Positions 11,401 to 23,170 of a DNA stretch of 64,000 nucleotides are shown here, piece after piece. The position numbers and the translations under genes are program-made. Origin of the DNA: Antedon mediterranea (Eukaryota > Animalia > Echinodermata); contig NC_092675.1 in assembly GCF_964355755.1 (NCBI RefSeq), forward strand, positions 24,090,912 to 24,154,911, in the 5' to 3' direction. Below the pieces are notes generated by a model that was not told the DNA's origin, searched no databases, and saw nothing but the letters and a program-made list of their open reading frames with translations. The stretch's first letter is position 1; each line of letters opens with the position of its first letter.

Positions 11401-14329
11401 TTGTGTCAAATCAAATATTGATTAGATGACCCTTAATTTTATTATAACATTTCTTAATAATATTTTAAACATTGTTTCTTATATCTCTTGGTTAATAACA
11501 CTATTTATTAAAACATATATTTATTTGTTGTGCTTCCAGAGAGCGAAAGTTACAGATACATTGGTTGTTACAACGATAACCTTGGTGGTGAGCCCTTGTT
11601 GAAGGGGTATGGATGCAATGTGAACAAAGACCCTAGATGCCATGAATTCGGGTGTCTTAACAGATGCGTTAACAGCCTGATGACAGTAGAGCTATGTGCC
11701 AACATTTGCTGTGATGAATTCAAATATTTTGGACTTGAATTTCGCAACGAGTGTTATTGCGGGCAAACAAATGTTTCGTATTACATGTATGGCCAGTCAT
11801 CTGATGACAACTGCGTTGCTCCATGCAATGGAAACTCCTCCCAGAATTGTGGGAGTAATCAAGAGATAAGCCTATACGAATGTGGTCCCAGTAAGTAACA
11901 CATCCGCCTATTTCGGGAATTAGAATTATTTATTTGTGATGCGGGCCTACATACCTTCATATTAAGAAGAAGGAAATAAGAAAATTACAATAAGGAGCTG
12001 TAATTTAACAACTCGACGACCAGATCTTGAGGATGTCTTTCTGCAAATCCTCTAAAAATACGAGCATGCGCGCGCAGAATTACTTTTTTTAATCAACAAA
12101 GCTCCCTAACGTATGTAACCTTCACCCTTTCCTAGAAACGGTACACATGGACATTCAAATAACAGTTTTATAAATATATTATTTGAAAAAAAAAATATTA
12201 TTAATAATGAAATAGAAAATAAAATGTATTAAAATGTTTGTATTTTGTATTATTATTATTTTTTAGCTTTAATGCCAGATATACTTGAGGAAACTAAGGT
12301 TAGTGATGCCACGCTTCCGCCATTATGGGGAAGTTCACCATCCAATAACGGACACTTCTTAAAACCGATAAGTAAGTTATTTTTCTTTTCATATATTACA
12401 CAAACTTCTCCATTTTCTAAAGTAAATTGTATAGTCCGAACGGGCGCATAAAAGGTAATCCATAAAGATAGTTTGTTTATAGTGGATATGGACTTAATTG
12501 TCATCCTGTAATTAAGCTAAATGTACACCAGCTGTGTTAATATTTTATTTTATTTCAAATCCTAATCTAGTTTTCTTGATGTGTATTGAGGTCAGATGGA
12601 AGTCTGCTTACATAATGTTAATACTTCGCTTTGCATGTTTTTTTATTTTTTTGTTTGTAAAGCATAATTATTAATCATCTTGTTTGTTTCTCTTTTAAAA
12701 TAGTTATGTACCTAATTATTGGTGGCGTAATTGGTATTGCTATAATGATTATAATTGTCTATGCTGTTTACATGAGGTAATTATAGTGTAATTTCCAGGT
12801 ACTTTAAAAAGAAATTATACCACATTGTCTTAGTAGTGGCACTGTGGCTTGCTGGTTGTTGTCAACTATGTGGCTAGACTAAAATTCTGTTATGGTTTTT
12901 TAATGGCGTTTTGATTTTGGTCCAGCTCAATTATACGTTTTACTGAAATGCTTATCTTTTTACCAATATTAAGTCGAATGATCATCTAGAACCACAATCT
13001 ACCCTAACCGAATTATGTATTTCCTGTTGGATGGTGTGTGAAAGCATGTCATGTCAATGTCATGATTTCCGGACATGTTTAATGTCGATCTTTAAAGTTA
13101 CGGGTAACATAGGCTTACATATAAATAAAATTATACATGACTTATGTTACCCAAAATATTAAGATTCCAGAAATGTATACCTTTCTGCTGATTTCTCAAA
13201 AGTCACTCATGTTTGTGCTGAAATTACATTTCATGTTACTCATTGAATTTAAAATACAACATAATTGTTAAATACTTTAATGTTGGTAGTATAATATAGA
13301 ATAACATTCATATTTTTTGTTATATCTGGAAATAGGAAATCAAATCAATCCCATATGCGGCAAATTGGTAAGTATATTTTATTTAAAGATATTGAAGTAT
13401 ACCATAAACATTGTGTGTTTATATGGAATATTATCAGAATGTGTAGAATAGGATCATTTGTAGCTACATACCTTTCAATGGATTGTTTGGTAAAGATTAG
13501 TCTAGAAATAGTAAAGGTACAGTGGTCCAGAATTGAGATCTTAGTTTTGACGTTATACTGCTAACAGACAAACACACAAACACAAATTAAAGACATAAAA
13601 TAAGAATATAACCTCTTTGGTTGAGGTAATAAAGCCACGGTATTATGGAATAACATGAGAACGTTTGTTTAAATTTCCAAGGAGGTATATCGATAACTTA
13701 CAACTTTCCATTAATCACACTATTTCGTTTTAGGTGATATATCGATATATTGCGAACCAGATCACATTCAACTACCAAATGGCACAGGAAATGTTGAAAA
13801 GTACCTGGAAGCAGAATACAATTTTATATCCGAGAGGCAAATTATAGAAGAAAAAGAGCACATGTATAAAGCGACATTACTTCCAAATGGCGCTATAGCA
13901 CCTTCAATCGTTAGGACTTCAGGGAGCGAGCCCAATGCTGAAGAGGAAGGAGCAATTGGATACGCCTCAGTTGCTGCTGACTGCAAAGATGACGAATATT
14001 GTGTACCAATTATTCCAGCTAAAACTGTTGTGTGCAAAGAAAAGAAACCAGTAGCACCACCCCGACAGTCATCTCTAGAAAAAGGACAAAGGCACACAGC
14101 AAGCAACGACCCATTGTATGCTCAACCTAAAAAACTGTTAGTAGGTTTACCAAAGAAAACGGACAGTAAAATCGAATACTACGCAACTTCTGATGTAGTA
14201 ACGAACGCAGATGAGAATGAAGACATGAGGGATTACCGATATATGTCTTCATTAACGGATACTGGGTACACAAAACTGGATGATCAGGGAAGAGTCGTGA
14301 ATGAGGAGTACGCGCATATTAAGGACTGA
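8461..14329 (+). CDS. Type I receptor: signal peptide - SRCR (6-Cys) - WSC - stalk - TM - Tyr-rich tail
   Basis: Exons 8461-8569 (hydrophobic leader; alternative ATG 8515), 9285-9428 (VRL...WGAVC...WD...VICRQLG), 10419-10631 (PIWLADLQCNGNE...AGIEC), 11540-11890 (YIGCYND...MTVELC...YFGLEFRNECYCG...CNGNSSQNCG, WSC), 12267-12371, TM 12704-12776, 13336-13367, 13734-14329. All GT-AG with matching phases. Confidence 0.9.
9058..9179 (-). mobile_element. ~120-bp internally deleted copy of Helentron/DINE-1-like family A
   Basis: Reverse complement keeps the 5' end AACAAGGCCA...AGTCGCGTG, the GACC/GACA microsatellite and the 3' hairpin of 51539-52152, but lacks the ~500-bp interior. Confidence 0.75.
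13470..13632 (-). mobile_element. Degenerate 5' fragment of Helentron-like family B
   Basis: Reverse complement TTACCTCAACCAAAGAGGTTAT resembles TTACCTCCGCCAAGGAGGTTAT at 55646; GTTT/GT microsatellite; CAATTCTGGACCACT is shared with 55223-55237. Confidence 0.5.
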
Positions 14330-16707
14330 GATGATCAGATAAATTAATGTCTGCTATCACAGACACTGTTATTTGCTTGTATACACCCATTCACAAATAA
14401 TTTCATGTCACACTTGCATCATATTTTACAAGTAATTTACATATTCAGATACTGTATGTTAACTATAAGTATAGCCATATCCTTTCTACTTGCCAACGGC
14501 TCTGTGGACTGAAAACGTGAGAAATGCACAAAGCTCGTTAAAGTTTTATTGTACACACCAGAACAAAGTTGGTTGATGATGAAACCTAACAACTTTAAAC
14601 AAAGATAAAATGTTTGTTGTTGCGTGCTATATGGTAGAAATGTATAGGCATAGACATCGAAATATGTCAAACATTATTTACAACGCAAATTATTATAGAA
14701 ACCAAAACCTGAATGAATTGATTAATGAAGATATATACTACTAGTTCTTCTTTGGCTCAGTCAGCAAATAAGACTTAAGGGTTTAAGCAAAATTTTGATT
14801 ATGATTATGAAGATGCTACTTTGTGTTTGAATTCTAGTTTTACCAGTCTTCAGTTATCACGTATGATAGCCTTAGTTGCATATTTACACAATACACACAT
14901 TATATTTGTATAACGTTATAAGGAGTGGAATGTATGTATGACTACAATTTCGGTTATTATTTTATATCTGTAAGCCCATTTTATTTATGTCTTATGTTCT
15001 CTATATTACTATTCACATTGTTTTACATTTTTTATATTATATTTGTAAAGTTTACACAATTATATCATTTTCATTATTTTTTAATTACTATTTTTAATGT
15101 GTATACTGTACCAATAAATACCATAACAAATATTGATATATTGTTTCTGTCAACTTTTAAAAGTATTATAATTAATAAAAGTAGCATTATTCTCAAGATA
15201 AATACGTTGAAATTATTATTATTAATAATCAATGTCAATTAATAATATAATATTATCAATTACAATAACATCATAAACATATTTGATTTAAAATAGGCCT
15301 ACACTATCACAACTTCACAAAAATACAAGCACATGACCGGTCTTAATTCTATCGTAGGTTTGAACAGCAAATACTATAGTCTATACTCACAATGAAAGGA
15401 CTACTGTATTTATAAAGTCCTTGCGTCGTCGATACTTAAACTCTAGTACTCGTATTTGTTTTCAATGTTCTGTTTTGTATGTACTAAAGGTTCCCATTCC
15501 TCCTGTCCAATCTCTTAATTTTCTTCGAAACCTCAAGCTAAGGTAAGATAGAGTAAGAATCATATTATAGTTTTCTTTTTAGAGTAGCCTACACACTGCA
15601 TTGTAATGAATCAAATGTTTGAAAACAAAAATATTGTTAAAAAATAATTGCTAAATATGCTCTCAAAAATAGATCATATCAAACTATTAGTATTGGGTAT
15701 GTAACATACGACGCCTAAACGTAAACTATATTATTTTATGATTACTTTTATGAATATGCAATTTAATAGCTTATAATACCCAATTCCTTGTTTGCTTCGA
15801 TTATTTTCTTATTGTTTGTGTTGTGACGTCTATAGTCTACGCAATGACTTATTTGCATATTTTCCACCTGTGGGTTGGTTGAAATAGACGAGGTATTTGT
15901 ACGTACAGGGAGTTCTGGGCAGGCGGTTGTGCACAACGAATGAATAAAGTGAACGGTACCGAGTAATGTGTTGCGTTGTGTTTCTATGTAAATGGTTTAA
16001 CGAGTAGGCTACATTTTCCCCGATGCAAGCTCGATGCTATATCTACACTGTATATAGCAGACACGACACTGTGTGCTTATTGTTATTGCAGACACGATGC
16101 CGTACTATACGACAATAGGCCGAATTTCTCTGTAAGATCTTATGATGTTTTAATGAAACTGTTCCTGATGTGAGCTGACTGATTAACATTTTATGGTTAT
16201 CATTTAGGAAGTGAACTACAATATTAAGTCTTCAAGACGTATGCGTCAATCACTAATTTGTTACACAGGAGACTTTCTGACAAAAGACAAACCGCACAAA
16301 CTACTATATATACAATGAGCAATAACAAATTACTAAATTCCCAAGTATACTGTTCATGTTATTTGTCTTGTACCGGATGACAAGAATGATCAAATTGCAA
16401 ATAGATGGAAGTCGACATGTTTCAAAACTTAATCTCTGGGTTATTTTTCGATTGTTGGAATAATGCAGATATTTGCTTTCTCAAACAATAACAGACGCTA
16501 ATGACAACCATGTGGAAACAATCGTAATCATATACTTCCTTTTTGTAGAGAAAACAAGATAAACTAGTATAGTCAATAGTTATATGATAGCGCCCCCATA
16601 TCTAATTACGATCCCCTTGATGATTCATAAGTGGATTATGAGTAGTGGTATCTGGATATTTCCTTCCGAACTTACCTTAATCAAAGACTCATCCAAAATA
16701 ATTATAG

Positions 16708-16745
16708 ATTATTCCATGGAAGTATAAATACCTCCATGATTATTC
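16708..16745. mobile_element. 24-bp CATGGA...TCCATG mini inverted repeat with 7-bp target duplication (P-superfamily-like footprint)
   Basis: ATTATTC|CATGGAAGTATAAATACCTCCATG|ATTATTC. Confidence 0.55.
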
Positions 16746-17724
16746 CATTGTAAACTATATAATATTTCTGTTCTGTACACATAAAAAAACAAAACAAAAC
16801 AAGAGCACACTAACTATAATAATTTGCATCTATTAAAGACTAAAAAATGATACCATCCAGTGAGGCCAGACAATTGAGTAGTTATGAGAGTTTACCATTA
16901 ACAGTTTCGTTTAAAATCGTATTCATCTTAAACGATTAAAACACAATTCATTGTAAATTATAGAATTTCGGAGAAAAAATCCGAATCAGACGTTTATACG
17001 GCATATAAACGATCTATAAGACAGCTATAAATAACACTTAGTAAGGAAACAATACACACAACTACTTACAGTGTCTTTCATAGTGTCTTATTTTGGTTAT
17101 GCGGTCCGTGACCTATTACACAGTTAATCTCAAATAATCTCTAATTAATTAACAAAAACCAAATCCGTACTTTAAAATCGATCTTAAAGTGTTTTCCAAG
17201 AACGCAATCGACTTAAAGTTGCTGACTCATAATCTGTTTATACCAAACGAGAGTACACTGCCAATTTTAAATACATTTATTTATAAATCTAAAATTACTA
17301 AAGATATGTTTGTCTTCTTGAACAAATATTATTAATAATAATACTGTATGCCTATGTATTGTTACATAATAGATATTCAATTAGACAAAAAAATAGATTT
17401 AAAATATTTCGATTTTGTCTATACATAATAAATCAATATATATGTGTTGTTTTCGGAAATGAATGAACTAAAAACTACAAAATTGCACATTGATTTTATT
17501 TAATTTTATTTTTCATCTTTTCGTGGGACATCTAGAAAAGGAGAAAATCAGTCGCTCAACAAACAATTGTACAAACATATGTTCTAATCCGCTTGACCTC
17601 AAAGGGATGTAATATTCGAACACCGGAATTTGCATTGAAAGCCGAGTGATACATAAATCCTCCGAAGCATAATATATATATCTACTCGAGATGGGGCGTA
17701 TTTACTTCCACTTCAGTAGGAATT

Positions 17725-20700
17725 ATGATAGGATATCGGATAACTCTTTTCTTGCTCTGTATTGTTGAAGGTAAGAGAGAATTGAATTGTCGAATTATAG
17801 GCTAATTGAAAAATATAAATACTTTAAGTTTGTTATTTAAAATATGGGGTATAAATCTCTCTTTTGTCTGTCAATTTTTTCGTAAAATAACTCTTTTTTA
17901 AAGTGTTTATTTTGAATAAATCCTCAGAAATTGGGTACAAGGAGATACGTTTTTTTTTTATAGATTCACAATAATCATTTGAGCATTCTTATTTTTATTT
18001 TGTAGCATAAAAATCAACTTTATTTGTACCTTAAAACACATTCCCACTATTCGTATTACACAAAACGTATATGTATAATATTAACAATTTTATTTTGAAT
18101 TAGGTCAGTTTGATGATTCAAAATTGTTCGTTAGTTTCTATAAAAGTTAGTTTTTCATATCAAGAGTACACTCCATGGTAATTTAAGTTACTTTTGTCAC
18201 ACCCTACATTCATTTATCAATCAAAAGCCATTAAGTAAACAAATAGCTTAACAGAGTGGTATGGTAAACATATTTCCAACTTAGTATTAGAGAATTATAA
18301 AGCCATCTACGATATACGATTGTGATTTTAATATCGCGTTTCCCTATTCCAAAATTCGAATTTATTCAATTCATTTTAACAGACCTGTTGTAAGTTATTA
18401 GTACTATTATTTGACACCTCATATTTTATTTTTTAATATATATATATTATTAAATTACTATTATTACATTCATATGAGACTCAATTTTGTTTTCTTACAT
18501 TACTGAAACAATTGTGGAATCAAGTATGTTTGTAAAGTACACTTATTCTAAATTTTTGAATGGAAATGTGCCCACTAATTCATGCCAGGACATACATACA
18601 TTCTATATAGATACATTCTATGAAGATCTTAAATGTACGTAGATGCAGCATTATAAAATACATTATCAAAATAATAAATGTGGTAATAACGTTCATTTTC
18701 TTTAATAGTACTAAGCTGCAATGTTGGACGGATTAATATCAACAATTCATGCTATGATTTTGTCAAGCCAGAACAAAACCTTACTTGGATGGACGCTCTC
18801 AAAGGCTGTATAGACTCCGGTGGAAGTTTAGCCAGTTTTGAAACAGATTCGGAGCAAGATGCGGTGAGGAATCACCGATATGCACTATATAAAACCGAAG
18901 AGAAGTTTTATATTGGTCTATATAGTCAAGGAATTACTCCGATGTGGGTGTCTGGGGAATATTTGTCGTCAGACAGATGGAGCTTAAAATCAGCACCACA
19001 AGGAGATCATTCGTGCGAAGGAACTGTATTGGACATTTCAGATAATAATTGGCTTCGAGTAATGTGTACAGTTCGATACCACAACATTGGATATATATGC
19101 GAGTACGGTAAATACATATCTTGTAAATTATTTTGAACTTAATTAAAATCTAAAAGCAATCGCAAGGCAACATGATTGGAAATTACATACGATGAAACGG
19201 GTAGATTCTAAGAAAACAAAATTGAGACTGATATGAATGGAATTATTTATTTCCTACAATAGATAAATATGATTGATTCAAATTATTGAAACAGTGCTCA
19301 TATTGGGACATGATCTTAAAATCACGTCGAAAATACCTCATCGGCGAAAGTTCCGTATTGTTAGTGAATGAAAAAATGTATCTGACGGGATTAAATAATA
19401 AGGAATTATTTTAATGTGGTCATTTCCAATCATGTTAAATTTTAATTAAGTACTATACAAACTGGAAACAAGACTGAGAATGCTGTTTAATTAAAATTGT
19501 TCTTATTTGATATAATTGTTACAGGCCTATACTTTTTTTGTATGATAGTTTTCTAATTATTTCAGGAACACCGGCTTTAAAATCCACACATCTTCCTGTG
19601 TTATACCCGACAAAACAACTAACTACAGTTGAGGAAACACAGAAAACAAAAAATGACTTAACTGGTAAATATTCACTTTATGCTAATTTGAGAATAATGT
19701 TAAATACAACAACATATATTGAGATATATTGTATGACCAATGTCACTCTTAGTCAGAGTTTCACAATACATAATAAAAAAGAAATGACACATTACCGTAT
19801 GCTTTAACAAATTAAATTTTTTTACTCAATATTACAGCGCTTTGTCCCTCGGATCGTTTTGTTCATGGGAATTCCTGTTACGAGTTTGTAGAAGATCCTA
19901 ACACCTACAATTGGACATACGCTGTCAAATCCTGCTCATCAAAAGGCGGTCAACTTGTAAGTTTGGAAACTGAAGAAGAAAACGATGCATTAATCAACAG
20001 TCTTAAAACAAACTACCTTTATAAAGAGCTATATATTGGTCTTAGACTCCCAAAAAATGAAGAAAACGCCAAATGGTTATCAGGAGCACCTCTTACGTAC
20101 AATCGTCATGGAGCGGCAGCATCAACTTTCAGATGTACTACAATATTTGCCTTCCAGTCAGTATGGTTTTCTAGACCTTGTGATGCCGGGATACCCGTTG
20201 GACACGGGTACATATGCGAATATACTAGAGGTGTGGTGTCATTTATTTATCTTACTATGTAATGATATCAATGATAATCAATAATAGTAACAATACATTT
20301 ATATTTTCAAGACTAAGATACGAAAATCTGTTTTTGCGAAATATTCATTTAAATTATTTAAAAAGCTTGTTATAGTTAATTAGTTCTCTTAAATCAATGA
20401 TGTTTTGCAATCTGATACTTCAAATGAAATTTAAATTGATTACCACGTAATAGGATTTTAATATTGACATTTTGTTATCTTTTTTCAGAATCTATTACTA
20501 ACCCGGTAACTTCAGGTAAGTTCATGATCTATCGATAAAAATATCATCAAATAACATTCAAAATCATTATATTCAGTTGTGTGTATTTTGGTATTAGGAA
20601 ATGCTGAAATGCTTTATTTGCTTATACAATAGAAATTCTTCTTAAACAAAATATTCCTTTTATTTCTAGCTATAAATTCGTAAAATATTTTAACACATTA

Positions 20701-22472
20701 TTTTGACACTAGATAACTATTTGAATACTTCAATTTTCATTTTTTCAAGATTGAAAGATAATCAAAACATAGTTGAAAATTATTGTTTAATTTTTTGTTT
20801 TATTCTAATTCTTTAATTACAGCAACATCAGGAAACAATAATAAATAGTAAACTTACAGTACAGATAAATAATGATACACGTATTATACTGTACCGTATC
20901 CATATATGGTAATGCAACTTAAATAATATCGAGCATTTGTTTTGGCAATATTAGATGTCGGGCATTCCGATTAGCTCATGACTTACCGTATTTGACTCAC
21001 AATTGTGTCATCATTTACACCATATTTATTGAAATAATGTTTTCAGGAAATTCTGACTTTACTGCTAACGTCACAAGTATACAGCAAATTAAGAAAGGTG
21101 ACGACAACACATTGAATATGGGTAGGCCTAAGGTTTTCTCATGTTAATCATTGTATTTTTTTGTTACCAGAGTAGGCCTACAAAGCGATAAACTATGAAT
21201 TGCAAATATGTAAATTGTTCACATGTGGCATATTCGAAACTACAGTAGCTTCTGATTCCTCGTCATACATTAAAACAGTGTCTATGGGAGGGATTTTGTT
21301 ACCTACTTTTGTAAGTAATTTACGTTTCAACTATGCAATGAATCACCAGTATATTCTTGATATATTTGTAATTATAAGGTAATTCTACCATCAATACAAT
21401 GTATGTCTTGTTTTACAGGTGTTTTAATTTCGGTTATTATTGTATTGTTTATCCTGGTATTGGTGGTAATTGCTCTGTTATGGAGGAGGTAAGTATCAAT
21501 CTAAGGTATAAAGCATGAACAAGAAGACATTCTTATTTTTAGCAGCCTTGTTTGTCGCCCTCTCCAACCATGGAGATATAGAAGTAAAGAATTAAAAATG
21601 TTCATATTTTCGTTTTGTATTATGTTTTATTTTTTGGTTTATCAAATAGAAACATTCAAGGTTGATAATTGTCTTTTAGGAGCAAGATCAGAAAGCAACA
21701 TATTACGTCACCTCAGGAAATACCATCGACAGCGTTTACAGGCGGAACAAATAAAGACATTGCCAAAGAAGGGGTTTCAGTGCCAGTTTATATGCAACTT
21801 GAAACTTCAGATATTATTAGAGAAACACCAAACACTGGCTTAGAAATTAACATCAATCCAAGATGCAAATCAGTAAATCAAGTGAATCAGGAGTTAGAGG
21901 GGAGATATTACGAAATTCAACAATTACATCCAACAGAAACAGATCTCCCTAAAGAAAGATTCAGTAGTAAAAATATTTCTAGAGCAAATACTGTTTTTCG
22001 ATTGAGTGGTAGGAAGAAATTTGAAGACAAGAAGCAAAGTCAAACAGAAATTAAAAGCAATCGACCTAAAACTTGTAAGCCTCAGTATATTGCAGGACAA
22101 GAAAGAACATGCTACGCACACTCGAACTTGGGCTTCACTTCCAACACTTGTACCTTACCAAAGCAAAGTTCATGTTCTGTAGAGAGTGAACATTTATACA
22201 ACAAACCAGTGTATGACGTTTGCGGACCTGCGCAATGTGGTGCTGAACAGATATATACAATTCCGTGCACTGTAACACTTTCCAGTAAACAACATTCTAC
22301 CAACATTGAAACTGAGCATTATTATTCTTCAATGACTGATCCAGATAATGAACAGTCTGTCCAATCAAATGGAGTCTATTTTGTTTTGGAAAAGCCAGAC
22401 AATGTTGAGAAAGCAGATTATGGAACATTAAGCAAAGAAGTTGAAAATGAAATTTACGAAAGCGGTTCCTAA
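17725..22472 (+). CDS. Type I receptor: signal peptide - CTLD - linker - CTLD - Ser/Thr stalk - TM - Tyr-rich tail
   Basis: Exons 17725-17770 (MIGYRITLFLLCIVE), 18709-19107 (CTLD1: SCYDF...TWMDALKGC...LASF...FYIGL...YICE), 19566-19664, 19838-20230 (CTLD2), 20489-20515, 21047-21121, TM 21419-21488 (GVLISVIIVLFILVLVVIALLWRR), 21680-22472. Phases are consistent. Confidence 0.9.
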
Positions 22473-23170
22473 CTGTTCTTAATATTAACACTAAAAACAA
22501 ATACATGATTTAATTTTCGATGAAGCACGCACTTCATCAATGACTTTAAAAAATTCGACTTCCTTGCCCATCTCGTTTATAAAGAAGTTAATAATGTCTC
22601 CAGGACCCTTTGGGAATATATTTTTAACCAGTGTTTTTATTAATTAATAATTTTCTGAAAGCGATCATATACAAGATACAAGATAACTTTATTGTCAAAT
22701 AGTTCAACGAAAGATTTGAAATTTGTTTTTCTCATGGAAACTTAATATAAAAATAGAATAAAATGTTAAAACACGAAGTAAAATACACAGTACAGTAAAA
22801 ATATACAGATTAAAATGCATATACAGGATTTACAAAATACAAAAATTAATAAGAGGATAAATGCTATAAATACCTTTTAATGAACGAAATAATATTAATA
22901 TTACACCCAAACTATGTAAGTTTATATTGAAGAAGACCATGTGAAACTGTATTATGCCTATAGTACGTTGGTCATGTATTTAGTGTGAAATGTGTTTCAC
23001 TTGATCTTCCGGGATAAACCATATTAATGGCCGGATTCAAGATCCGATGAAACAAAACCTTTCCATGAACTTGTTAAGTCATCATTATCATGATGAACCT
23101 GTATTTTATTTTTTTTAAAAGTTCATTGTTTCTAATTTGTATAACTCCCTTACAGCAGTTACGTAACCAA

